From Balanoglossus misakiensis (Eukaryota > Animalia > Hemichordata), in NCBI GenBank assembly GCA_040954595.2, contig CM082581.2, positions 620,001 through 684,000 of the forward strand: DNA of 64,000 nucleotides, read 5' to 3'. This document shows, one piece after another, positions 10,801 through 23,600 of this stretch; the first letter of the stretch is position 1; each line of letters opens with the position of its first letter. The notes beneath the pieces were generated by a model, which was given only the letters and a program-made list of their open reading frames with translations, ran no database searches and had not been told where the DNA came from. A program made the position numbers and the translations under genes.

Positions 10801-13800
10801 TTTTTTACAAAATAAATAAGAATAAATTCTTTTCTTAGTTTCAAACGGGTAGAGATACTTTCCACACGGGTTTTCTAACATTGAATTCCCGTTCATCAAC
10901 TCAGATTTCCTACAGCATAAGTTGGCTAAAACCCTGACGCTCTAGAGCAGAAACAGTTGCACACTGGTAACGTTGAACAAGTCGATTTTTCTACGGCCTG
11001 GCTCGGCTAAATCTCCGTCACAATATGACAGACACTAGCGTACGTTAGCATTGGTGATCAAGTCAGATTTTCTACGGCATGGCTTGGATAAAGCCCCGGC
11101 ACTCTAGAGCAGAAACACGCGTACAGAGACCACGTTGATCAAGTCTGATCTCCTACGGCTTGGCTCGACTAAAACCCCGGCACACTATGGCAAACACTAG
11201 CGTTCGTTAGCAACGTTGATCAAGTCAAATTTCCTACGGCATGGCTTGGCTAAAGCCCTGGCACTCTAGAGCAGAAACACGCGTACAGAGACCACGTTGA
11301 TCTACTCACATTTCCTTCGGCCTGGCACGGTTGATGCCCCGGCACTATATATAGGGCACAGACTGGCGTAAGTTAACAACGGTAATCACGTCGGGTTTCC
11401 TACGGCCTGGCTCAGCTGAAGCCCCGGCACTCTAGAGCAGAAACAGGCGTACATTGACCACGTTGATCAAGTCAGATTTCCTACGGCGTGACTCGGCTGG
11501 TGCACCGGCTCTATATGACACAGACTGGCGTAAGTTATCAACGGTGATTACGTCGGATTTCCTACGGCCTGGTTTAGCTGAAGCCCCGGCACTTTAGAGC
11601 GGAAACACGCGTACATTGACCACGATGATCAAGTCAGATCTCCTACGGCCTGGCTCGACTAAAACCCCAACACACCATGACAGACACTAGCGTTCGTTAG
11701 CAACGGTGATCAAGTCGGATTTCCTTTGGCCTGGCTCTGCAAAAGACCCGACCCTCTAGTACAAAGACGTTATCTACGTCGGGCAAACCGAAGAGGGAAA
11801 GTCACAGCGGGTCAACACTCGACATTTGTTCGGGTAGGACTGCATTATTGCCTGTCAATTTATAGAGAAAGCCCGAAGTTAACCAGGGCGTTTCAAACAC
11901 CGACGTTAGTTGGGGGCACGGCCTGCAGTACTGCCGGGTAAGCTGACATCGGCGTACCGCATATAATGTAGGGGGGGGGGGGGAACAGAACGGTTCAATA
12001 CTACATTTATTAGATATCAGCTAATTTTGGACAATCATCTAAATCATTTTTTTCATATTTGGATATCTGATGATGTATGAAATTTCCATTATATATGTGA
12101 AAATGGTGCTGATTATAAAAAATGCACTCTGATTTAATACAAAATTGCGTTTTATTCGTTTTTGCACCAAAAAGGTCATTTTTAGGCAAAACATTCTCTA
12201 TTTTTTTAATTCGGTGACCTGATCATATATAAACAATTGCTTGTATGTTAAAAGTTTTTATGACTTTTAAAAGCAGTGACACTGGCGGCATTCAACACCT
12301 AAATAACAATTTTAGCCACAATTTGGTCAAAATGGAAAAATTTTCAAAATTACAAAAAATACCTGTTTTCTACATTTTCGGAAATCTGATGGAGTATAGA
12401 ATGCTCTTCGTATGTATGTATATATCGATACAAATTCCACAAAAGACCGTCTAATTTGGCTCACTGCAGACAAAATTGCGTTTTACCAAATTTTCCTTGA
12501 AAATGTCATTTTTAGAAAAAAAAATAAAAAAACCTTTGTTCTTCGAATTTGGTGCCCTGATCATATATGACATATTGATTGTATGTTAAAACTTTCGACC
12601 ACTCCAAAAATGCAGAGATATTGACGGAAGAATTCAAGAAAAAATAGTCATTTTGGCCATATTTTGACAAAAATGGTAAATTTTTAAAAAATCATAAAAA
12701 ATTAACTCTTTTCTTCATTTTCGGAAATATTTTGGAGCACGAAGTGTCGTTCTCTTGTAAAAAGTGCTGCAAATTCCAGAAAAGGCGGTATAATTTGAAT
12801 CACCCAAGACAAAATTACCATTTTCGACTTTTTCGAAAAATTGTCTTTTTTACATAATAAATAAGAATAAATTCTTTTCTTAGTTTCAAACGGGTAGAGA
12901 TACTTTCCACACGGGTTTTCTAACATTGAATTCCCGTTCATCAACTCAGATTTCCTACAGCATAAGTCGGCTAAAACTCTGACACTATAGCAGAAACAGT
13001 TGCACACTGGTAACGTTGAATAAGTCGATTTTTCTACGGCCTGGCTCGGCTAAATCTCCGTCACAATATGACAGACACTAGCGTACGTTAGCAACGGTGA
13101 TCAAGTCAGATTTTCTACGGCATGGCTTGGATAAAGCCCCGGCACTCTAGAGCAGAAACACGCGTACAGAGACCACGTTGATCAAGTCCGATCTCCTACG
13201 GCTTGGCTCGACTAAAACCCCGGCACACTATGACAGACACTAGCGTGCGTTAGCAACGGTGATCAAGTCAGATTTTCTACGGCATGGCTTGGATAAAGCC
13301 CCGGCACTCTAGAGCAGAAACACGCGTACAGAGACCACGTTGATCTACTCACATTTCCTTCGGCCTGGCACGGCTGATGCCCCGGCACTATATATAGGAC
13401 ACAGACTGGCGTACGTTAACAACGGTAATCACGTCGGGTTTCCTACGGCCTGGCTCAGCTGAAGCCCCGGCACTCTAGAGCAGAAACATGCGTACATTGA
13501 CCACGTTGATCAAGTAAGATTTCCTACGGCGTGACTCGGCTGGTGCACCGGCTCTATATGACACAGACTGGCGTAAGTTATCAACGGTGATTACGTCGGA
13601 TTTCCTACGGCCTAGTTTAGCTGAAGCCCCGGCACTTTAGAGCGGAAACACGCGTACATTGACCACGATGATCAAGTCAGATCTCCTACGGCCTGGCTCG
13701 ACTAAAACCCCGGCACACCATGACAGACACTAGCGTTCGTTAGCAACGGTGATCAAGTCGGATTTCTTTCGGCCTGGCTCTGCAAAAGACCCGACACTCT

Positions 13801-16800
13801 AGTACAAAGACGATGGCTAAGTCGGGCAAACCGAAGAGGGAAAGTCACAGCGGGTCAACACTCGACATTTGTTCGGGTAGGACTGCATTATTGCCTGTCA
13901 ATTTATAGAGAGAGCCCGAATTTAACCAGGGCGTTTCTAACACCGACGTTAGTTGGGGGCACGGCCTTCAGTACTGCCGGGTAAGCTGACATCGGCGTAC
14001 CGCATATAATGTAGGGGGGGGGGGACAGAACGGTTCAATACTACATTTATTCATTTATTAGATATCAGCTAATTTTGGACAATCATCTAAAATCTAAATA
14101 ATTTTTTCATATTTGGATATCTGATGATGTATGAAATTTCCATTATATGTAAAAATGGTGCTGATTATAAAAAATGCACTCTGAATGAGCTGATTTAATA
14201 CAAAATTGCGTTTTATTCGTTTTTGCACCAAAAAGGTCATTTTTAGGCAAAACATTCTCTATTTTTTTAATTCGGTGACCTGATCATATATAAACAATTG
14301 CTTGTATGTTAAAAGTTTTTATGACTTTTAAAAGCAGTGACACTGGCGGCATTCAACACCTAAATAACAATTTTAGCCACAATTTGGTCAAAATGGAAAA
14401 ATTTTCAAAATTACAAAAAATACCTGTTTTCTACATTTTCGGAAATCTGATGGAGTATAGAATGCTCTTCGTATGTATGTATATATCGATACAAATTCCA
14501 CAAAAGACCGTCTAATTTGGCTCACTGCAGACAAAATTGCGTTTTACCAAATTTTCCTTGAAAATGTCATTTTTAGAAAAAAAAATAAAAAAACCTTTGT
14601 TCTTCGAATTTGGTGCCCTGATCATATATGACATATTGATTGTATGTTAAAACTTTCGACCACTCCAAAAATGCAGAGATATTGACGGAAGAATTCAAGA
14701 AAAAATAGTCATTTTGGCCATATTTTGACAAAAATGGTAAATTTTTAAAAAATCATAAAAAATTAACTCTTTTCTTCATTTTCGGAAATATTTTGGAGCA
14801 CGAAGTGTCGTTCTCTTGTAAAAAGTGCTGCAAATTCCAGAAAAGGCGGTATAATTTGAATCATCCAAGACAAAATTACCATTTTCGACTTTTTCGAAAA
14901 ATTGTCTTTTTTACATAATAAATAAGAATAAATTCTTTTCTTAGTTTCAAACGGGTAGAGATACTTTCCACACGGGTTTTCTAACATTGAATTCCCGTTC
15001 ATCAACTCAGATTTCCTACAGCATAAGTCGGCTAAAACTCTGACACTATAGCAGAAACAGTTGCACACTGGTAACGTTGAATAAGTCGATTTTTCTACGG
15101 CCTGGCTCGGCTAAATCTCCGTCACAATATGACAGACACTAGCGTACGTTAGCAACGGTGATCAAGTCAGATTTTCTACGGCATGGCTTGGATAAAGCCC
15201 CGGCACTCTAGAGCAGAAACACGCGTACAGAGACCACGTTGATCAAGTCCGATCTCCTACGGCTTGGCTCGACTAAAACCCCGGCACACTATGACAGACA
15301 CTAGCGTGCGTTAGCAACGGTGATCAAGTCAGATTTTCTACGGCATGGCTTGGATAAAGCCCCGGCACTCTAGAGCAGAAACACGCGTACAGAGACCACG
15401 TTGATCTACTCACATTTCCTTCGGCCTGGCACGGCTGATGCCCCGGCACTATATATAGGACACAGACTGGCGTACGTTAACAACGGTAATCACGTCGGGT
15501 TTCCTACGGCCTGGCTCAGCTGAAGCCCCGGCACTCTAGAGCAGAAACATGCGTACATTGACCACGTTGATCAAGTAAGATTTCCTACGGCGTGACTCGG
15601 CTGGTGCACCGGCTCTATATGACACAGACTGGCGTAAGTTATCAACGGTGATTACGTCGGATTTCCTACGGCCTAGTTTAGCTGAAGCCCCGGCACTTTA
15701 GAGCGGAAACACGCGTACATTGACCACGATGATCAAGTCAGATCTCCTACGGCCTGGCTCGACTAAAACCCCGGCACACCATGACAGACACTAGCGTTCG
15801 TTAGCAACGGTGATCAAGTCGGATTTCTTTCGGCCTGGCTCTGCAAAAGACCCGACACTCTAGTACAAAGACGATGGCTAAGTCGGGCAAACCGAAGAGG
15901 GAAAGTCACAGCGGGTCAACACTCGACATTTGTTCGGGTAGGACTGCATTATTGCCTGTCAATTTATAGAGAGAGCCCGAATTTAACCAGGGCGTTTCTA
16001 ACACCGACGTTAGTTGGGGGCACGGCCTTCAGTACTGCCGGGTAAGCTGACATCGGCGTACCGCATATAATGTAGGGGGGGGGGACAGAACGGTTCAATA
16101 CTACATTTATTCATTTATTAGATATCAGCTAATTTTGGACAATCATCTAAAATCTAAATAATTTTTTCATATTTGGATATCTGATGATGTATGAAATTTC
16201 CATTATATGTAAAAATTGTGCTGATTATAAAAAATGCACTCTGAATGAGCTGATTTAATACAAAATTGCGTTTTATTCGTTTTTGCACCAAAAAGGTCAT
16301 TTTTAGGGAAAACATTCTTTATTTTTTTAATTCGGTGACCTGATCATATATAAACAATTGCTTGTATGTTAAAAGTTTTTATGACTTTTAAAAGCAGTGA
16401 CACTGGCGGCATTCAACACGAAAATAACAATTTTAGCCACAATTTGGTCAAAATGGTAAATTTTTGAAAATTACAAAAAATACCTGTTTTCTACATTTTC
16501 GGAAATCTGATGGAGTATAGAATGCTCTTCGTATATATATATATATCGATACAAATTCCACAAAAAAACGGCCAATTTGGCTCACTGCAGACAAAATTGC
16601 GTTTTACCAAATTTTTCTTGAAAATGTCATTTGTAGAAAAAAATAAAAAACCTTTGTTCTTCGAATTTGGTGCCCTGATCATATATGACATGTTGATTGT
16701 ATGTTAAAACTTTCGACCTCTCCAAAAATGCAGAGATATTGACGGAATTCAAGAAAAAATAGCCATTTTGGCCATATTTTGAAAAAATGGTAAATTTTTA

Positions 16801-17688
16801 AAAAAATAAAAAATTAACTCTTTTCTTCATTTTCGGAAATATTATGGAGCATGAAGTGTCGTTCTCTTGTAAAAAGTGCTGCAAATTCCAGAAAAGGCGG
16901 TATAATTTGAATCACCCAAGACAAAATTACCATTTTCGACTTTTTTTCGAAAAATTGTCTTTTTTACAAAATAAATAAGAATAAATTCTTTTCTTAGTTT
17001 CAAACGGGTAGAGATACTTTCCACACGGGTTTTCTAACATTGAATTCCCGTTCATCAACTCACATTTCCTACAGCATAAGTCGGCTAAAACCCAGTTACT
17101 CTAGAGCAGAAACAGTTGCACACTGGTAACGTTGAACAAGTCGATTTTTCTACGGCCTGGCTCGGCTAAATCTCCGTCACAATATGACAGACACTAGCGT
17201 ACGTTAGCAACGGTGATCAAGTCAGATTTCCTACGGCCTGGTTTAGCTGAAGCCCCGGCACTTTAGAGCGGAAACACGCGTACATTGACCACGATGATCA
17301 AGTCAGATTTCCTACGGCCTGGCTCGACTAAAACCCCGGAACACCATGACAGACACTAGCGTTCGGTAGCAACGTTGATCAAGTCAGATTTCCTACGGCA
17401 TGGCTTGGCTAAAGCCCTGGCACTCTAGAGCAGAAACACGCGTACAGAGACCACGTTGATCTATTCACATTTCCTTCGGCCTGGCACGGCTGATGCCCCG
17501 GCACTATATATAGGACACAGACTGGCGTAAGTTAACAACGGTAATCACGTCGGGTTTCCTACGGCCTGGCTCAGCTGAAGCCCCGGCACTCTAGAGCAGA
17601 AACAGGCGTACATTGACCACGTTGATCAAGTCAGATTTCCTACGGCGTGATTTAAATTACGAATTCCAGATATGCTATTACTAATTAA

Positions 17689-19326
17689 TTATGGTGTAAT
17701 ACGTGTACTACTTTCCTCAAGCAAGCACAGTTTGCGAACATCTCTACGCAATCTTCCTGTTTCAGTCTTCACTAGGACCTGGCGCACATTGCCGTACTGA
17801 TCTGGGTAAGTTTGCTGAACTAGTCCTTTTGACCACTGTCCTCTTGGGATATTTTCCTCTACCACGATAACCAAATCTCCAACAGTCAGATTTCTCTTGG
17901 GCTTCAACCACTTCTGTCTCTGCTGAAGGGAAGGCAGGTATTCGTGTAGCCATCGTTTCCAAAACGAGTTCGCTATGAGATTAGCTTGGTTCCTTCTGTG
18001 ATTAGCTGTACTGGTCGTGACAGTGTCTGCAGGATATGTGCATGGATTCGGCCTCAGTAGTAACAGGCTATTAGGCGTCAGTGCTTCAAGGTCATTCGGG
18101 TCATCTGATTGACGGGTGAAAGGTCGATCATTGATAATCTTCTCCACCTCCGCCAAGACAGTAAGTAAAGTTTCGTCGTCAATTAGTTGGTTTCCAACGA
18201 GTGCTCGTAGGATTTTCCGCACTGAACGTATCATCCTTTCCCAAACTCCTCCAGTATGACTGGCTGCGGGTGCATTGAAATACCATTGGATATCCCTCTT
18301 GCGTAGACTATCAGTTATCTTCTCTTGATTCCAACTCGCTAGAGCTTCTTTGATTTCAGTTTCCGCTCCCCGGAAATTTGTTCCGTTGTCACTGTATACC
18401 GTTTTTGGTGGACCACGTCTGCTGACAAATCTCCATACTGCCTGAATAAATGAATCTGTGGATAAACTGTGGGTGACTTCAATATGCACAGCTCGTATGG
18501 CGAGACAGGTGAATATACATCCGTATCGTTTGGACGTTCCTCTTCTCCACTTGACTTTCAGAGGACCAAAGAAGTCGATTCCCACTGCAGCAAATGCACT
18601 CTCACCTGGAGTAACTCTTGGGGTTGGAAGTGGCGCCATTATTTGCGTTCCAGGTCTTGCATTCCATCCCCTGCACACTACACATTTCCGCAGAATTCTT
18701 CTGACAGTAGCTTGGCCTCTCAAAATCCAATATTCTTTTCGGATTCTGGATAACACATGGGTGGTTCCTACGTGACCTTCCTGCTCATGGAAAAACTGAA
18801 CAATTAATTCGGTCACTTGATGATTATGGGGTAGAATAATAGGAGGTTTTGTGGTTTCATCTATGAGGGAGTTGTTTAGTATTCCACCAACGTGTATAAT
18901 GCCATCTTTGTAGATTGGACTGAGTCTGCAAAGTGGACTGGTATATCCTTCAGAATCTGGTTTTCTGCTTGGATTCTTCAACTGTGTTGATATTTCCTTA
19001 GGAAACGCTTTCCGTTGAACGACTCTAATGACTTCTAAGGTAGCATCGGACACTTCTGACACCGTTAGAGCACCAACCGGAACTTTACCATTTCCGCCAT
19101 TCTCAATGCGAGCTCGGAGATACTTCTTGTATCGTAAAATCCAAGCGACAGATTTGCAAAGTTTGTACCATGACGAAAATCTGTGAATTAACGAATGGAT
19201 GATATCAGTGTCATCTGTCTGGTTGCTGTTTACCACTGCGCATACCTTTGCCATTTTCAATTCGTTGTCCTCATCCGATATTCTTGGTAAGTCGGTAGGT
19301 TGGGTTGGCCAGTTTCCTTCAGATTT
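17689..19326 (-). pseudogene. Outer BEL/Pao integrase region (H2C2 zinc finger, DDE core, C-terminal DUF5641-like)
   Basis: HEQEGH...CVVC; GIDFFGP; SDNGTNF; GGVWERMI; FWKRWLHEYL. In frame with the upstream fragment past a TGA at 19327-19329. Confidence 0.92.
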
Positions 19327-20269
19327 TCAGAGAAATTCTGGACCTTCGAACCACAGTTTGGACTTCGCTTTGGCGGCATTCAAGGTAATACCTCGGGAGG
19401 CACAATCAGCTGGATTGAGTTGTGAAGGAACATGATGCCATTGTGACGGTAGTGTTGCATCGTGTATTAGTTGTAGGCGGTTGGCTACAAAGGTCTTGAA
19501 GCGTCTTGTTGAGCTGCAGATATATTGTATAACAATGGTAGAGTCTGTCCAGAATCGCTCTCGATGGATAGGAAATTGAAGTTCTTGTTTTATCTGTTTG
19601 CTGACTTTAACGGCCACTGTTGCTGCTGTCAATTCCAATCTTGGTACTGTAATGGTCTTCAGTGGAGCAACTCTAGATTTGCCAGTCACGAGGCTGCAGT
19701 GAAAGTTACCACCTTTGTCAATAAACCGTAGGTAGGAAACAACCCCATATCCTTCCGTTGAAGCATCGCAGAAATGATGAATTTCTATAGATTGTGGCTG
19801 GCCAAAACCTGGAGGTGTGTAACACCGTGGAATTACCATGGCTTTTAACATCGGTAACTTCTGTAACCATTCACGCCAAACAACTAGATATTTCACTGGT
19901 ATGGCTTCATCCCATCCACATCCTTCTTTGCATAATTCTTGTAATATGCGCTTAGCCGGCAATACAAATGGTGCAACAAATCCTAGTGGGTCGTACACAG
20001 ATGCTACAACTGAGAGAATCCCTCTTCGAGTTTCACTTTTACTTTCCTTGCCAACTCTGAAGCTCATAGTATCTTCTTGAATGTCCCATTGTACACCAAG
20101 AGCTCTGTCAACTGGTAAGTCTTCCAGGTCTAAATTCATCACAGATGGCGCCCTTTCTTCTGACGGGATGGAGGACAATACTTCTGTGCAATTAGAAATC
20201 CATTTGGTCAGATGAAATCCACCATTAGACAAAAGAGCTGAAACTTCAGTGATGAGTCTCTTGGCTGTG
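19327..20269 (-). pseudogene. Outer BEL/Pao RT C-terminus and RNase H (Peptidase_A17-type region)
   Basis: GGFHLTKW, YDPLGF, HHFCDAS, PRLEL, FWTDS, NPAD..SRG. Ends GPEFL* where GPEFLW is expected (TGG>TGA). Confidence 0.92.
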
Positions 20270-20622
20270 TATCGTAAAGTTTGGGAAAAGGAAATATCTT
20301 TGTTGATTTTACATGTTGTTTTCTCGTATTTGTAGTGCTTGAGCTTGATGCAAAAACCGGATTTGGTTGAGTTTTAATTTATGCATTACCGGTGAAACTG
20401 ACGTCAAATGTAGCAAAATCCTACGGTTTGAGCCAATCAGTGCTCATGGGTTTCCCGCGTCCGATGGACTATTTTGGGAGCTGACATTCTGGAATTTTCG
20501 AGTTCAGTGTTGTTTTGAAAACTCTGCGAGTCGCACGCATCGCAGTACTGTTCTGTACCAGTTCGTGCTTTCACGGAAGTCCGATATAAAGAGCTTTGCT
20601 CAATAAATTCACCCCCACAATA
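20270..20622 (+). repeat. 5' LTR of inner BEL element
   Basis: TATCGTAAAG...CCCCACAATA, repeated at +6230; contains CCAAT, TGACGTCA and AATAAA near its end. Confidence 0.95.
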
Positions 20623-20625
20623 TTT

Positions 20626-20643
20626 TGGTGCCGAGACCAGGAT
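20626..20643 (+). promoter_or_regulatory. Primer-binding site, probably tRNA-His
   Basis: TGGTGCCGAGACCAGGAT, 3 nt after the LTR. TGG is complementary to tRNA CCA; one mismatch to the recalled invertebrate His PBS TGGTGCCGTGACCAGGAT. Confidence 0.8.
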
Positions 20644-20656
20644 ATCGGATTCCGTG

Positions 20657-23600
20657 ATGTCTATCAACGCCGAGCAACCAGCGGTTCAAAACCCTCTTCC
20701 CGATCTCAAGAAACGAAGAACAGTGTGCCGATCGCAACTTACGAAGGCTTTCAACAAAGCAGAAGGAGAAATCGCGCAATACAACGATTCAAACGATGAG
20801 GCCGACAAGTCACAAGTCTACGCTACAATCAAAGCAACCTACGCTCTCGTCCTGACGAGATATTCGCGACTCGCAGCCATCGACGAACAGATTTTCAACA
20901 ACACTCCAGATCCCGAAACCGATAGAGATGTCGAAGAAACTGGCGACTACGAAGTTACAATTTCAGAGAGAAAAGAACTCATCGGACAGTTTATCGAAAC
21001 TCATCAACATGATTTCACTACAATTCGAAACGCAGCTGTTTCTACGGCCGAATCTACGCGGCCAGTCGTCGCCCAACGAAAAACGGTTCAACTACCCAAA
21101 CTCGAGCTCCAAACTTTCGCAGGGAACACACTGAAATGGGTAAGCTTCATGGATACTTTCAACGCATCTGTTCATCAGGACAGTTCACTTTCTAACGTTC
21201 AAAAGTTCACGTACCTACGAAGTCTCGTAACGGACGAGGCAGCACGCTCCATTGAAGGACTCGAACTTACCGAGGCAAATTATGCCAACGCCATAGCAAT
21301 TTTGAAGGAAAGATACGGTCAAACGCAAACGATCATCAGCGCTCACATGAAAGCTCTGTGGGAACTGCCCACCCCGACTGCTGATGTAACAAGTCTACGT
21401 CAATTCTACGATACACTCGAATCCCACGTACGCGGTCTAGACGCTCTGGGAGAGAAAGAAACTTCATATGGGAAACTACTGATACCCATGATACTGGAAA
21501 AACTACCCACAGAGGTACAGCAAATACTGGCTCGTTCTCGCGGAGAAGTTCCCTGGGACTTGCCCGATCTCCGCAAAGCCGTCCTATGTGAAATAAGGGC
21601 CAGATCTGTAGGCAACGACAGTGATGTCCATCGCCACCCGGCAACCATCGCCACCTTTCATTCCAATTCTACGACTCGAGGGCAGAGATTTTCTCGGTCA
21701 CCAAATCAGCAACGTCCCTGCGTCTACTGCAAAGGAACTCATTCACCAAACGATTGCACAGTTGTATCTGATGCTAAGTCACGTATGGAGATTGTACGCC
21801 GAGACAAACTTTGCTATAACTGTCTGGGAAAACATGTAGTCGGAAAATGCATTTCCAAATACTCGTGCAGACACTGTCAACGCAAACATCATACTTCGCT
21901 ACATCAAACTGACTTTGTTCGCAACAATAGAGCCGGAAACCAAACCGAGTCCCGCAGTGAAAATGGCCGTCAAACTGAACGAAACAAGGGACACAAAGTG
22001 AACAATTCCGCAAATGACAGGGAACGACGATCATCAACGTCAGAAAATACACAGGTACACTTCTCATCCGGGAGTAGTGCACTGACCGGTCCGGTACTAT
22101 TGAAAACTGCTAAAATCCCAGTCTCCGCAAACAACGGAACTGTCATCAACGCCACAGTACTTTTCGATGAAGGGGCGAACCGTACATTCGTAACAGAAAG
22201 TTTCGCCGATCGCGTTCGCGCCAATATTTCACGCTCAGAATCGCTCAATCTCGCCGCCTTCGGAAATAAACACACACGCATGCGTTCCATGAAGAAAGGG
22301 ACTTTCGACCTCCACACCATAGCTGGTAACAAATTACCAATTGACGCGCTCCTGATTCCCGAAATTTCCACGGGCCTCAAAAATCATGTTGATCCGTATC
22401 TGCTGACATTACCGTACTTGCAGGGCCTCCGTTTTGCCCACCCTGTCTCGAACGACGGGTGCTACGATATTGATATTCTCATAGGCGCGGATTATTACTG
22501 GAGTTTCGTAGGAAACGAAATTATCCGCGGTCAAGGTCCTACCGCCGTTAGTTCGCCATTCGGCTACTTACTCTCCGGCCCAAAACTGACAGGGAAATCT
22601 ACTGCCGCCGCAAACGTATTTCATGTCATTACGGACACTTTGAATGACAACGCGATAACTTCATATTGGGACTTAGAGTCCATCGGCATAAAAGACAACG
22701 TATCGCGAACCGACACCGAGCTCACCAAAGAAGCCGAATTCGAAGCATATAGAGATACGCATCTTCGTCGCGAGGACAATCACTTCGTCGCCAAGTTACC
22801 ATGGAAACCGGACCATGATCCGCTACCTACTAACTTTCGTGTTGCTAGTAATAGAACACGCGCAATGATACGCAGACTTCCTTCGGACATTCTAACTATA
22901 TACGATAAAGTCATCGCCGAGCAAGAAAAACAGGGTTTCATTGAACGCGTCGAAAACGACAACCCTGAACGTGGTCACTACCTGCCGCATAGACACGTCA
23001 AAAAGGACTCCGCGACCACACCCATCCGTATCGTCTACGATTGTAGTTGCAAAGGCGACAACACGTCTCCAAGCCTGAACGATTGTTTGTTAACAGGACC
23101 GCCGTTATTGAACGATTTAACGTCCATTCTACTGCGCTTCAGAGCAAATCCGATCGCAATCGCTAGCGATATCGAGAAGGCATTCCTTCAAATACGACTT
23201 GAACCACACGACAGAAAGTTCACAAAGTTCTTGTGGCTTTCAAACGCGAGTGACTTGGAAAGTGAATTCGTCACATTTCAGTTCAAATCGGTTTTATTCG
23301 GAGCGGTTTGTAGCCCATTCATACTCAACGCCGTTGTAAAGACGCAGCTAGAAGCTAATCCGGAAATTCCCGCCGCCTCGGACTTGAAACGAGATATTTA
23401 CGTTGATGATGTAATCAGTGGATGCGCTTCTGAAACTGAAGCCAAAACATACTACGCGGAATCCAACAAACTCATGGATTCTTGTGGTTTCAACTTGCGT
23501 TCGTGGTCATCGAACAATGACTCTGTGCGTACACTTGCTGAGAATGACAACAAACTAAATCCGTCACCGCGTGTAAATACTCTCGGAATGCAATGGAACA

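Larger units (their letters stand above)
1..17650. repeat. Tandem array of ~2.06-kb composite macrosatellite (about 8.5 units)
   Basis: Landmark GCATATAATGTA(G)n-ACAGAACGGTTCAATAC recurs at ~900, 3120, 5225, 7140, 9910, 11960, 14005 and 16070. Near-identical short spurious ORFs recur at ~2-kb offsets (12245 vs 14306 = 2061 bp). Confidence 0.97.

Noticed and set aside
1434-17024. Recurrent 60-111 aa ORFs in the satellite (MLKVF..., MESIS..., MSKYG...)
   Set aside because: Lengths and frames change with homopolymer indels between units; F/K/I-rich composition reflects A/T runs; no domains.
20268-20275. Canonical TG start (TGTATCG) for the inner LTR
   Set aside because: The TG belongs to the CTGTG TSD; the 3' LTR is preceded by AA, so shared sequence starts at TATCG.
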